The position numbers were made by a program, and so were the translations under genes. A DNA stretch of 64,000 bases, from positions 1,504,001-1,568,000 of the forward strand of contig CAXXYH010000003.1 in assembly GCA_963677925.2 (NCBI GenBank). Direction: 5' to 3'. Positions within the stretch are counted from its first letter, which is position 1. Every line of letters begins with the position of its first letter. Below are positions 38,175-47,777 of this stretch, piece by piece. The notes below the pieces were generated by a model, which was given only the letters and a program-made list of their open reading frames with translations, was not told the DNA's origin and did no database searches. This DNA is from Spirochaetia bacterium (GTDB taxonomy: Bacteria > Spirochaetota > Spirochaetia > UBA9216).

Positions 38175-39164
38175 CTATTCGATTACGGCTCTTATGTCAG
38201 CATAGAGGTTGGGAGTCCATTCAGGAAAGTTTGCACTTACACCCTTGGCAGCTTCGAGAAAGCCTGACTTATCAACGTCGTTGAACTGTACACCCTCAGC
38301 TTCGAGTTTTGCTTCAAACTCTTTCTCAAGAGCTCTAACCAGCTCAATTCTCTTTGCAGGATATTCACTTCCAATCTTATCAATTGCAGCTTTTCCGTCA
38401 GCAGAGAGTGACTGGTAAACCTGCTCAGACATTACAATTGCAGTAGGTGCAATGAGGTGTTCGGTTCTGCTGACGAATTTTCTCGGCTCATAAAGCTTTG
38501 CAGAATACAGCAGTGAGACAGGAGACTCAGCTCCGTCGGCAACACCCTGTGAAAGTGCAGTATACACTTCTGACCATGCCGTGTTTGTCGGATTTCCGCC
38601 GAGAGTAAGTGCAACCTGGTTCCACATCTTTGTTGCAGCACATCTGATTTTCATATCTTTTGTATCTTCTCTTTTATAAACAGGCCTGTCTGAAATAAGG
38701 TTTCTTGTTCCGAAGTATACCAGAGTTACAATTCTAAGCCCTTTTGCATGAAGCTCAGCTTCCATCTTCTGGCCGATTTCTGATTTCCATACAGTTGCAA
38801 TATCTTCAGGTTTATTCATAAGATAGGGATGCATGAAGATTGAGTAATCAGCTACGTAGTCTGAAAGGTGGCTGGGGTCACAATCCTGAAGGATAGGAGC
38901 GCCCTGTGAAATAGCTTCAATCATGTCGGTTGTTTTACCGAGCGATTCAGTTGGATAAATTTCAACGTTAAGTGTACCGTTTGAAGTTTCTGCTATATCG
39001 TTGCAGAACTCAGACCAGTATCCATAGTTTGGATCCATTGCAGACAGTACAGAGTTAAACTTGAGTGTTACGACCTCATTTTTTCCGCCTTCCTGATCAC
39101 CTGATGCAAATACACCGGCAACAAGAACAACAGTTAGAATCAACAGAAAAATAATTTTTTTCAT
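38175..39164 (-). CDS. dctP: TRAP substrate-binding protein DctP (sugar-acid type)
   Basis: EIYPTESLG, YFGTRNL, MKIRC (carboxylate-binding Arg), WSEVYTALSQGVADGAE. Confidence 0.93.
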   Translation of the reverse strand: MKKIIFLLILTVVLVAGVFASGDQEGGKNEVVTLKFNSVLSAMDPNYGYWSEFCNDIAETSNGTLNVEIYPTESLGKTTDMIEAISQGAPILQDCDPSHLSDYVADYSIFMHPYLMNKPEDIATVWKSEIGQKMEAELHAKGLRIVTLVYFGTRNLISDRPVYKREDTKDMKIRCAATKMWNQVALTLGGNPTNTAWSEVYTALSQGVADGAESPVSLLYSAKLYEPRKFVSRTEHLIAPTAIVMSEQVYQSLSADGKAAIDKIGSEYPAKRIELVRALEKEFEAKLEAEGVQFNDVDKSGFLEAAKGVSANFPEWTPNLYADIRAVIE

Positions 39165-39196
39165 TCTCTCCTCCTAATTTTGTTTTCTGTTTATTT

Positions 39197-39244
39197 TTCC
39201 ACGGAACCGGTTCCGGTATCGGTTACGGAACCGGTTCCGTGGAA
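39197..39244. promoter_or_regulatory. Twin LacI-type operators forming a 19-10-19 inverted repeat
   Basis: CGGAACCGGTTCCG at 39202-39215 and 39226-39239, just downstream of the minus-strand TTGACA-17-TAATGT promoter (39276-39248). Confidence 0.85.
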
Positions 39245-39450
39245 GTTACATTAAAGCATAAAATATCAGCTGTCAACTTTTTTCTAAGGTAATTTGTATT
39301 ATTTTTTAACGATTTTATAAAATATGGCTGTAAAAAGCTGCATCCTTATATAGATTCGCACTTTTTTTTTATTTGTTTGATTTTGTCATGTATTAATATT
39401 AATATTTGAATATATAACAAAAAGGACCAGTAAACTACACGGAGGAAACT

Positions 39451-39954
39451 ATGCGCAACCATGGAAAACTTTTAAAAATGTTAACGATGTTTGTGGTTCT
39501 TTTACTTACAGCCACAGCAACATTCGCCTCTAACGGCGACACCATAAACATCGGAGGAACTGTCCCTTTAATTCTTAACCTGACAGTCACCCCTGACGCT
39601 GCCGCGGACAATCTTCCGCTTACCACAACCGGTGCAGATACAGCAACAACCGAAGCCCTTGCCTCAGTTACCATTTCTACAAACAATACTGCGGGATGGG
39701 AACTGTGGATATTCTCGGTCAACGGCGGTTCAATCGACAATGATGACACTGACAGTATTAACTACACCCTGACTTATGCCGGAACAGGCGGTGTGGCAAC
39801 CACAGCTCCATCAACAGCCGGAGTCCTTTTCGGACAGGCCGCAGCCGCAACAACAGACACCGCTCAGGCTCTGAACATCACCTATACCCAGTCCGCCAGT
39901 CATCCTGCCGGTTACTACTCTGATCAGCTCACTATTGTACTGAGGGCTAAATAG
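39451..39954 (+). CDS. Putative major pilin, spore-coat-U/Csu-like chaperone-usher subunit
   Basis: Signal peptide, an alternating N-terminal extension (DTINIGGTV) and C-terminal PAGYYSDQLTIVLRAK. Strong GGAGG RBS. Confidence 0.75.
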   Translation: MRNHGKLLKMLTMFVVLLLTATATFASNGDTINIGGTVPLILNLTVTPDAAADNLPLTTTGADTATTEALASVTISTNNTAGWELWIFSVNGGSIDNDDTDSINYTLTYAGTGGVATTAPSTAGVLFGQAAAATTDTAQALNITYTQSASHPAGYYSDQLTIVLRAK

Positions 39955-39958
39955 ACTA

Positions 39959-40702
39959 ATGCAGCTGAAAAAGATCATCCTGCCTCTTCTGCTAATAGCT
40001 GTCGCTTTTCAGCTGCAGGCCTTTAATTTTGAGCCAATCTCTCAGGACTTCACACCTTACGGACGCGGAGCAAACCGCGTTTTCAGGGTTGTCAATACCG
40101 GTAATGATAAAATTGCAGTATCCGTAAGTATTCATCCCAGATCGATTGAATATGACGGAACAGAAGTCCAGGGTGAAGAAACTGACAAGTTCATCATCTA
40201 CCCGCGCCAGATGATACTAGAAGCCGGAGAATCAAGAAGTATAAGGGTTAAATGGACCGGTGAACAGGAACTTTCCGAAGAACAGACTTTCAGAATCATA
40301 GCCGAGCAGGTTCCGGTAGCGTTCACAGAATCAACCCCTGTTGACGGAGGCAGAATCGAGCTTACTTACCGCTACGAGGGCAATGTTTATATTGTTCCCG
40401 ATACTGCAGTCGATGATATAGTTGTTGACTCTGTAAAACGCGTAACAAGGGACGAAAGAACTCTTCTGGCTGTCGAACTGACAAATCTGGGAACAAGACA
40501 TTCACTTCTAAGGGAGGCTGAGCTGACACTCAAACGGGATGAAAATGATCCATCGCCCCTGAAGCTGACAGACGAAAAAATGCAGGGACTGACCGGGGAA
40601 AACATGCTCGCAGGGATACAGAGGGTTTTTTATATCCCTGTACCCGATGGACTATGGGACGGACCTCTTTACGGAACAATAAAATATAAACCTACATACT
40701 AA
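39959..40702 (+). CDS. Periplasmic pilus assembly chaperone (PapD/CsuC-like)
   Basis: Signal peptide, FRVVNTG, FIIYPRQMILEAGESRSIRVKW, EQTFRIIAEQVP, VELTNLGTRH, NMLAG. Confidence 0.88.
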   Translation: MQLKKIILPLLLIAVAFQLQAFNFEPISQDFTPYGRGANRVFRVVNTGNDKIAVSVSIHPRSIEYDGTEVQGEETDKFIIYPRQMILEAGESRSIRVKWTGEQELSEEQTFRIIAEQVPVAFTESTPVDGGRIELTYRYEGNVYIVPDTAVDDIVVDSVKRVTRDERTLLAVELTNLGTRHSLLREAELTLKRDENDPSPLKLTDEKMQGLTGENMLAGIQRVFYIPVPDGLWDGPLYGTIKYKPTY

Positions 40703-40716
40703 AGACAGCGGAATTT

Positions 40717-43101
40717 ATGAAAAAAGGGAATAAATCCGGAAAAGCATTAATTTTCCCTCTTTACCTTGTATTCATCATACTTTTCCCCTGTCCTTTTCTC
40801 GGTGCGCAGGATGCAGACACTGTACCTGTACCGCTCTTTATTGACGATATATATGCCGGCGAGATTTCAGCCGCTATACTGCCCGATGAATCTGTTCAGC
40901 TCAGGCCTTCTGAACTGATAGCATATCTTAGAGATCTGCTTTCAGATGAAACCATACAAACCGCAGAAATGATCTTTCCGGCGGAAGGCTGGCTCAACCT
41001 CACCGATATGGGAGGACTTGGCGTAAGAATAGTTTTCAAATTTGAAGATCTAACCCTTCATGTTTACATACCAGCACATCTTCGCCGTGAGAATGTCATA
41101 TCTCTTACGGGAAAAGAAGAAACTCCCGCAGGTAAAGAAATAACAAAACAGGATTTCAGCGCCTTTTTCAATCTCGGGCTATGGAGCCGTATTATCTATG
41201 AAACCATAACATTCGACTACTCTGTAACTCCCGAGCTTGGAATGAATATTTATGACTGGATAGCTGAAGCCCGGGGAGGAGTAAGGAGCGGCTCGGAACC
41301 TTTTTTTCTTGATTATGCCAGGGTTATTCATGACTTCAGAGCCTTATCCTACACTCTGGAGATCGGCGATGTTTCCTGGCCTGTAACAGGGTTAACAGGC
41401 ATTTCAAATATAACCGGGGCCTCATTCCGGCGGAATATCCGTATGGATCCTGATTATGACGACAGCCTGCCCTACACTAAAGAGATCTTTCTTCGTGAAC
41501 CTTCAAGGGTTGAGATATACCTTAACGATATAAAAATAAAGGAAGCTGATTATCAGAGCGGAACCTACATCTTCAATGATTTCCAGCTGTCCCGCGGTAT
41601 TAACAGGATATCCATAAAATGGCAGGACAGTGAAGGTCCGCATACAGAGGAAATGATCATTCCATATGAAAACAGTCTTCTGAAAGCCGGAGAACTTGAT
41701 ATGGGTATCTCGGCAGGAATTCCTGACCGGAACATCGTTCTTCCGGTGGTTTCTTCCTATCAGTATGCCGGACTGACCGACAGCCTGACCATGGGACTGA
41801 CGGAGGGATATAATTCGGACAACTCAGAAATCAGTATTGCAGCGGACTTTCTGTATTCTAGTAACTTCGGTACATTCAGGCTGTACCCGGAATGGGGTAT
41901 GATCTTCGGCGGAGGAATGAAAACTGCAGTGGAGCTTGGATACCAGTATCTGAATACCGGAAATGATTACTACTGGAATTTCGGAACAACAACAGGTTAC
42001 CGTTCCGACGCCATTCTGTATGCGCCTGAGACAGTTTCCTCGTTCTACTCTGATAATTATACAACACTACTGTTCCCGGGAGGCTTCAGCCTTACTCCGA
42101 GGTTTTTCTGGGAATACCGGATTGAAGAAGAAAAAAATATATTTAAACTCAGAGGCTCTTTCAAGAAAAGTATACGAGGCGGAAGTTCAATTTCTGCGAC
42201 TGTAGGGGTAGAATGGGATGACGGTCCGGCGTTTTCCGGTACCGTAAGCTTTTCTTCATCATTTCCTGAAGTTAACCAGAACCTCTACCTTCTGGAGAAT
42301 CTTGAAACACAGAAACTATCAGCCTACTGGAATAAATACGCATCGGATGCAGCAAGCGACTATACGCTGAATGTTTCAGCTGAGATACCTATCGAACTTG
42401 ATGAAAGACTTTCTCTGGGAGCCAGAGCCGGATATATACACAGTCTGTTCAACGGTTATGTATCGCATGATTTTGATACTATCATCGCGGCCGAAGAGAC
42501 CAGCAACTCAACTTCAATCTCTGCAGAGAGCGGAATAGTTTACACAGGCGGATACCTTGCTCTCACCGCACCGGTTCGGGATTCATTCATTATCATTGCA
42601 CCATCGGAGCAGTTCAGAGACAATATCCTTGATGTAAACCCCGGCACATCATCAAATATCACCGTAAGTACTTCACCCGGTGTTCTCTCCGGAGTTAATT
42701 CCTATTCCGTCAATAAGATAAATATTGAGGCCCAGGAGCTGATCCCCGGAATGGATGACAGAAATATGATGTATCATTTCACTCCTTCTTATAAATCGGC
42801 TGCAGTCATCTACCCTGAGATAGTCATAAGAGTTTACACAGGAGGCTATATCACAGATGAGGAAGGTACAGTGCTGGGGATGAAGCCAGGGCTTTTAACA
42901 GCAGAAACGTCAGAAGGAGAGCCTGTGACTGTTGAATTCTTTACCGACAAGAAGGGCTATTTCGAGGCTTATAATCTTGAACCCGGAAGGTATATACTTA
43001 AACTGGCCGGATTTGAGAATACACAAACAATTGAGATTAAAGAATCTGAAACCGGATACTATGATTCCGGAACTATTGTAATTAAGGGCAAGGGCAGATG
43101 A
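40717..43101 (+). CDS. Outer-membrane fimbrial usher (CsuD/PapC-like)
   Basis: 794 aa. N-domain VPLFIDD..FKFEDLTLHVYIP, plug PSRVEIYLND..GTY..GINRI..LLKAG, GLTDSLTMG, C-terminal FFTDKKGYF..LEPGRY. Confidence 0.85.
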   Translation: MKKGNKSGKALIFPLYLVFIILFPCPFLGAQDADTVPVPLFIDDIYAGEISAAILPDESVQLRPSELIAYLRDLLSDETIQTAEMIFPAEGWLNLTDMGGLGVRIVFKFEDLTLHVYIPAHLRRENVISLTGKEETPAGKEITKQDFSAFFNLGLWSRIIYETITFDYSVTPELGMNIYDWIAEARGGVRSGSEPFFLDYARVIHDFRALSYTLEIGDVSWPVTGLTGISNITGASFRRNIRMDPDYDDSLPYTKEIFLREPSRVEIYLNDIKIKEADYQSGTYIFNDFQLSRGINRISIKWQDSEGPHTEEMIIPYENSLLKAGELDMGISAGIPDRNIVLPVVSSYQYAGLTDSLTMGLTEGYNSDNSEISIAADFLYSSNFGTFRLYPEWGMIFGGGMKTAVELGYQYLNTGNDYYWNFGTTTGYRSDAILYAPETVSSFYSDNYTTLLFPGGFSLTPRFFWEYRIEEEKNIFKLRGSFKKSIRGGSSISATVGVEWDDGPAFSGTVSFSSSFPEVNQNLYLLENLETQKLSAYWNKYASDAASDYTLNVSAEIPIELDERLSLGARAGYIHSLFNGYVSHDFDTIIAAEETSNSTSISAESGIVYTGGYLALTAPVRDSFIIIAPSEQFRDNILDVNPGTSSNITVSTSPGVLSGVNSYSVNKINIEAQELIPGMDDRNMMYHFTPSYKSAAVIYPEIVIRVYTGGYITDEEGTVLGMKPGLLTAETSEGEPVTVEFFTDKKGYFEAYNLEPGRYILKLAGFENTQTIEIKESETGYYDSGTIVIKGKGR

Positions 43102-44048
43102 TAAAAAGAAGAAGCCTTTCAGTTTTTATTTTTCTGATAACCATAACGGCAGGGACCCCGGCCGCTGATATATTCGGGTTCAATGCACCTCCGGGAGGTG
43201 TATATTTAAACTGTTCATTTGAGCAGAATTCCGAAGTTAAGGTGGATATCACCGTTGAGCATGAGGGCGTCGGCATCAGCTCCTGGTTTATTGCTGCTGA
43301 TGAAGGAGCATCATCATCCTATGAACCAAGGCAGCTGGTTTCAGGGGGCAATACCCTTAATTATCAGATCTATAAGTCTGCGTCTCCATCCACAGAAATA
43401 ATCAAAGCGCCTCCCGAGGTACTGGCACTTTCGAATGTTGTCACTTCGGCCGATTTCTCCTCCGCGGCGGCAACTACTGAAACTCAGACATTCAGCATCT
43501 ATTTTTATGCATCTTCGGGGCAGTTTATTCCGGCCGGAACATATACTGATACAATAACCCTCTATCTTTACGAGGGCGACTATTCCAACGCCGGAACGCA
43601 TGTGCCGGTCGACAGCGTCAGCATTACCGTGAACGGGCGAATGGCCAGACTGATTGATATCTACAGTATACGTGAACCAGGAATCAGGTTCATGGATCTT
43701 ACAATAAGCCAGAGCAATAAGCTTATTGCAACAGTAAACGAACGAAGCAACTCGGCTACCGGATATACGGTTTCGGTTACAAGCTATAACCTTGAAAATG
43801 ATTCAGGCGGAGCGACCGCTCCCTTTTTCCTTCACAGCAGCGGAACCGGAAGCCTGGGATACAGCCTGACCTACGACGGAACACTGGTAGGCGGATGGTC
43901 ATCCGGCTCCGCTTTCATTACCGATTCAAATGCAACAACCCTTCCTGAATGGCTGTCAAAAGAACTTAGAATAAGCTACTCAGGAAGCCCTGTCCTGCCG
44001 GCAGGTGATTACGAAGATATTCTGACACTGACAATCAGTGCAAAATAA
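43098..44048 (+). CDS. Two-domain spore-coat-U-type pilus tip adhesin (CsuE-like)
   Basis: Signal peptide, PRQL..GGNTLNYQIYK, GQFIPAGTYTDTITL, and a second domain ending PAGDYEDILTLTISAK. Confidence 0.8.
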   Translation: MIKRRSLSVFIFLITITAGTPAADIFGFNAPPGGVYLNCSFEQNSEVKVDITVEHEGVGISSWFIAADEGASSSYEPRQLVSGGNTLNYQIYKSASPSTEIIKAPPEVLALSNVVTSADFSSAAATTETQTFSIYFYASSGQFIPAGTYTDTITLYLYEGDYSNAGTHVPVDSVSITVNGRMARLIDIYSIREPGIRFMDLTISQSNKLIATVNERSNSATGYTVSVTSYNLENDSGGATAPFFLHSSGTGSLGYSLTYDGTLVGGWSSGSAFITDSNATTLPEWLSKELRISYSGSPVLPAGDYEDILTLTISAK

Positions 44049-44071
44049 AATCTGTTGCAAAGCAGGAAATA

Positions 44072-45055
44072 TTAGCTGGTTTTTATTCTTTCATAAAAAC
44101 CTTTGCCATAAGTTCTGGCTTCATCAAGTATTTGTGAATTGTATTCGAAAGTTTCTTCTCTTGTTTTTCCCTGGACAATATGATTCCCAAGAATGAAACT
44201 GCCGTAAGGAGCATAGGTATCAAGAGCCTTCCTTACTTCTGCCCGTCTCTGCTCTTCAGTTGCATTAACGGAAGCCGCTTCACTGTGAGTATCAAATCCT
44301 CCAATAAAACTGTATCTATCACCGTATTTTTTTATTAAAGAGACTATGTCATTCTGGGGCTGACAGGAACTCCAGGCAACAGCACCCTCTTCAAGAAAAT
44401 CTTCTATATGAATCTCAGCCTTTCCACAACAGTGATTAATAGGTTTTGCACCAATGGCTTTAATAGCGTCATTTACTCTTTTATGTTCAGGTTTTATAAA
44501 TTCCCTATACATATCCGGTGATAAAAATGGTGCCGATTTATATGCAACATCATCATATATAACAATAAAATCAGGCTTGTAGTGCTCGGCTACTATGTTA
44601 ATGAATTTTATTCGATATTCAGTATGGGCATTCAGCAGCTCATGACAGGCTTCCGGATTATCCATCATGCTAAAAATCATTGATTCATAACCCATAAGAT
44701 CTAGAAGACGCTCAAAAGTACCGTTACCCATAGCGTATTCAACAATCTGTTCTTCTCTATTCAGATTTGCCAGTTCCTTTTCTGCCTTTTCTGCCCAGTT
44801 AATAGCATCAAGATCAGGGAAAGTTACCTGCTCCCTCCATTTAGTAATATCTGTCAAAACATAATCGGAACTAGGAGTAGCACCTTCAGGCAGATGCTCC
44901 CACATTACTCCGAAGCCATCTGGTCCTCCTCCGGCAGGACCTTTCTCAAAGGAATCCATCAACCCAACATTGTAGCGAACAGGTTTAGAATAGATGGGTA
45001 CATCTTCCGGAATTCCATGGGACAGGGCTTTTAAGTAATTTTCTTTTTGTGTCAT
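44072..45055 (-). CDS. UroD/MtaA-CmuA family protein (aryl/alkyl O-demethylase methyltransferase-like)
   Basis: DGFGVMW, LTDITKWRE.V.FPDLD, GTFERL, YDDVAY..PFLSP, HCCGK, FIGGFD. ATG 45055 has a GGAGG RBS. Confidence 0.82.
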   Translation of the reverse strand: MTQKENYLKALSHGIPEDVPIYSKPVRYNVGLMDSFEKGPAGGGPDGFGVMWEHLPEGATPSSDYVLTDITKWREQVTFPDLDAINWAEKAEKELANLNREEQIVEYAMGNGTFERLLDLMGYESMIFSMMDNPEACHELLNAHTEYRIKFINIVAEHYKPDFIVIYDDVAYKSAPFLSPDMYREFIKPEHKRVNDAIKAIGAKPINHCCGKAEIHIEDFLEEGAVAWSSCQPQNDIVSLIKKYGDRYSFIGGFDTHSEAASVNATEEQRRAEVRKALDTYAPYGSFILGNHIVQGKTREETFEYNSQILDEARTYGKGFYERIKTS

Positions 45056-45086
45056 TTTATCCTCCGTTATAATTGGGCAAGCATAC

Positions 45087-45130
45087 AAAAAGTATATTGG
45101 ACATGCATCTATACATATCCAATATATTTT
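45087..45130 (-). terminator. Intercistronic terminator-like hairpin between the transporter and UroD genes
   Basis: Minus strand TATATTGGATATGTAT-ag-ATGCATGTCCAATATA then CTTTTT. Confidence 0.55.
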
Positions 45131-45152
45131 GAGGGTTCGTTTATAAGGATTA

Positions 45153-46469
45153 TCAGACTATACCCAGTAAACCTAAAGTAGCCCATACAACTGTTATTAA
45201 TGCAATTACCCATGTAGCTACAATCATCTGATTCGGCAGAGCCTGGCGGACTTTTTCATTTCCACAAGCAGCAATAGTTAAGGCACCACCAGTACTAAAT
45301 GGTGAAAGCGCGGTTGTCAATCCGCCGAAAAAGATACAGGTATAAAGCATGCCAGGATCGTATCCCAAAGTAGAAGCAATACCAGGAACCAGCGGATACA
45401 TCAGCGGCATAACCGTAGAAATGGAACTTGAGAAAAAGCTCAGGAATGCAGAGAAGAACACTATAGATCCCGGAACAAGAAACCTTGGGATGGAACTTGA
45501 AAGGGCAACTGTTATTGCTTCTACAAGACCAGCTTCTGCTGTAACTTTTATCAGCATGTATACCCCAACAATCATGATAATGGTATTTATTGGGACCCTC
45601 TTAAGAACAGCTCGCTCAGGAGCCAGTTTCATAAGGGCACAAATAACTGAACCGAAAATCATAACAACCTGAGGCTGAAACAACTGATACATCACTGCAA
45701 TGACAGGATTTCTTGGCATCCAGGCATACAGAACGCTGGGAATAACCATGCAGAAGAAAGCGATAATAACAACAATAAAAGTTTTCTTCTGAACCGGGGT
45801 AAAGGCCGGGGGATTTGCGACTTCAATTTTTTTATTTTTATAGCTCTTAAATACAAAGTAAAAGATAATTATCAGTACACCGGCAATTATTGCGGTATTG
45901 GCCCACACACGATATGCAAGTCCCATTGTTTCCATGTTTATCTGAGCTGCGTCCATACCGGAATCAACATAATTGTCTTTCATCAGATTAAGGCCTACAA
46001 TTCCGCCGAATCCGTTAAATGGGTTTGAACAACCCATAATATTACCAAAACCTATGGCTATAACTGTTAATACCGGATGAACTCCTGCGGCAATTGCGAT
46101 AACAAAAACAAATGGTCCGATAATTACACCTGTTGAAGCACCTGCACCCAATCCTCCTACTATAGCAGCTGTAATTGCTATGGCGAATGGAATAATTTTT
46201 GCATTTCCACCAAGGGCATGGAGCAGTTTTTGACCGAGAACATCCATAGTCCCGTTTTCCATTCCATAAGAGAAAAATATCCCTATTGCAATAAGATAAA
46301 AAACGATAGTTGTGGGCCAGAACCTCATTATACTCATTGCACTAAGATCAAGAATAAGTGTCCCGATAATAAATGCAAAAGCCATAGCAAAAATGCCGGT
46401 ATTAAGATTCAACTTCCAGCCCAGTAAAATTGCTGCGACAATAGCAACTATACAAATAGCAAGATTCAT
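45153..46469 (-). CDS. SLC13/MatC-like dicarboxylate carrier
   Basis: Very hydrophobic. NTGIFA..FAFIIG, ENGTMD.L, TALSPFSTGGAL. Confidence 0.8.
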   Translation of the reverse strand: MNLAICIVAIVAAILLGWKLNLNTGIFAMAFAFIIGTLILDLSAMSIMRFWPTTIVFYLIAIGIFFSYGMENGTMDVLGQKLLHALGGNAKIIPFAIAITAAIVGGLGAGASTGVIIGPFVFVIAIAAGVHPVLTVIAIGFGNIMGCSNPFNGFGGIVGLNLMKDNYVDSGMDAAQINMETMGLAYRVWANTAIIAGVLIIIFYFVFKSYKNKKIEVANPPAFTPVQKKTFIVVIIAFFCMVIPSVLYAWMPRNPVIAVMYQLFQPQVVMIFGSVICALMKLAPERAVLKRVPINTIIMIVGVYMLIKVTAEAGLVEAITVALSSSIPRFLVPGSIVFFSAFLSFFSSSISTVMPLMYPLVPGIASTLGYDPGMLYTCIFFGGLTTALSPFSTGGALTIAACGNEKVRQALPNQMIVATWVIALITVVWATLGLLGIV

Positions 46470-46809
46470 TCTGAAACATCTCCTTTTTTGGTAGTTTTAA
46501 AAAAAACTATTTTTTTTCTTCTTCTAAGATGTAATCAGACTAACATTGGTTTTTTTTATACAACAAACAGTTTTTTCTGCTGAAGCAAAACATTGTGATA
46601 AGTGCACAATTTTAAAAATTTAATTTATATGATTAATACAAACAATAGTGATTTTCTTATAAATTATTACTAAATTTTTATAAATAGAAAATAAATATTG
46701 TAGTTATTTTTTTTAATTATGTTTTTATTGTTAAGATATTTGAGTAATTAATTTAATATTTAAAAGCAGCAAAAATGCTCAAGGCGTTTTATAGTCTGTA
46801 AAATTTTCT

Positions 46810-46841
46810 AAAAAAAAGCTGCCTGAATAAAACAGGCAGCT
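46810..46841 (-). terminator. Second tandem terminator after the betaine ABC operon
   Basis: AGCTGCCTG/CAGGCAGCT stem with an adjacent A-run (U-tract on the minus strand). Confidence 0.75.
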
Positions 46842-46863
46842 GAATTTTAATTGAATTACTTGT

Positions 46864-46902
46864 AAAAAAAGCCGACCGGATTCAGTTAATCCAGTCGGCT
46901 TT
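46864..46902 (-). terminator. Rho-independent terminator after the betaine ABC operon
   Basis: AGCCGACTGGATT/AATCCGGTCGGCT stem with a T-run on the minus strand. Confidence 0.85.
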
Positions 46903-46925
46903 ACTATCAATATTTTAAAAACATG

Positions 46926-47777
46926 TTATTCGTCTTTCTTCTTTCCGGCAAATGAATGTGTAATCCTGTCAATTACGATGGCAAGAAAAACTATCGACAG
47001 GCCGGCTTCAAAACCGCGGCCTACTTCGATCCTGTTGATAGCAAGCAGAACTTCCATTCCAAGTCCCTTTGCGCCGATCATTGAACCGATAACAACCATG
47101 GCAAGAGCCATCATTGTAGTCTGGTTGATACCGACCATTATCTGAGGCTTGGCAAGCGGAAGCTGTACATCAAACAGAACCTGTCGGCTTGTAGCGCCGA
47201 AAGCCTTCGAAGCCTCAACAGCCTCTTTATCTACAGTTCTTATTCCGACATTTGTCAGCCTGATTACAGGAGGAGCGGCATAAATAATGGTCGCAAAGGT
47301 AGCAGGCACTTTCCCCATACCGAAAAACATAAGCGCAGGTATCAGATATACAAAACTCGGCATAGTCTGCATACCGTCAAGCAGTGGTTTAAGAATAGTC
47401 TCTGCCCTGTCGTTTCTGGCCATCAGTATTCCTGTCGGGATTCCAATAAGCAGAGACAGTACAACCGATGCCATCACAAGACTCAGAGTCTTCATGGCAA
47501 GCTCCCAGTAACCGAAAATGCCTATCAGCATCATTAGAACCATAAATCCTAGTCCGCTTTTCAGCCTTCCCATCAGTTTCCAGCCTGCAAAACCCACAAG
47601 CAGGATAATGACGAACCAGGGAATATATAGAAAAACTGTCTCAAATGCCATTACAACATGAAGCATTATGGATCCTATAACATCAAAAAATCCATCAAGA
47701 TGCTTTAAAAGCCATGACATTGCCGCGTCTATCCAGTCTGCAAGTGAAATAAAAGGTATATCAGGAAATTCAATCAT
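46926..47777 (-). CDS. proW: Glycine betaine/proline ABC transporter permease
   Basis: LDGMQTMPSFVYLIP, IRLTNVGIR, QLPLA.P.IMVGINQT.MMALAMVVI. ATG 47777 preferred as start. Confidence 0.93.
   Translation of the reverse strand: MIEFPDIPFISLADWIDAAMSWLLKHLDGFFDVIGSIMLHVVMAFETVFLYIPWFVIILLVGFAGWKLMGRLKSGLGFMVLMMLIGIFGYWELAMKTLSLVMASVVLSLLIGIPTGILMARNDRAETILKPLLDGMQTMPSFVYLIPALMFFGMGKVPATFATIIYAAPPVIRLTNVGIRTVDKEAVEASKAFGATSRQVLFDVQLPLAKPQIMVGINQTTMMALAMVVIGSMIGAKGLGMEVLLAINRIEVGRGFEAGLSIVFLAIVIDRITHSFAGKKKDE

Noticed and set aside
39280-39450. c-di-GMP riboswitch or phase-variation switch upstream of the pilus operon
   Set aside because: No GEMM-like stems or invertible-repeat pair seen, only AT-rich DNA and a T-run. 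No recombinase gene is present.
46592-46610. ATTGTG-ataagtg-CACAAT as a Rex or Crp site
   Set aside because: The spacing is one base short of both consensus sites, so it cannot be assigned.
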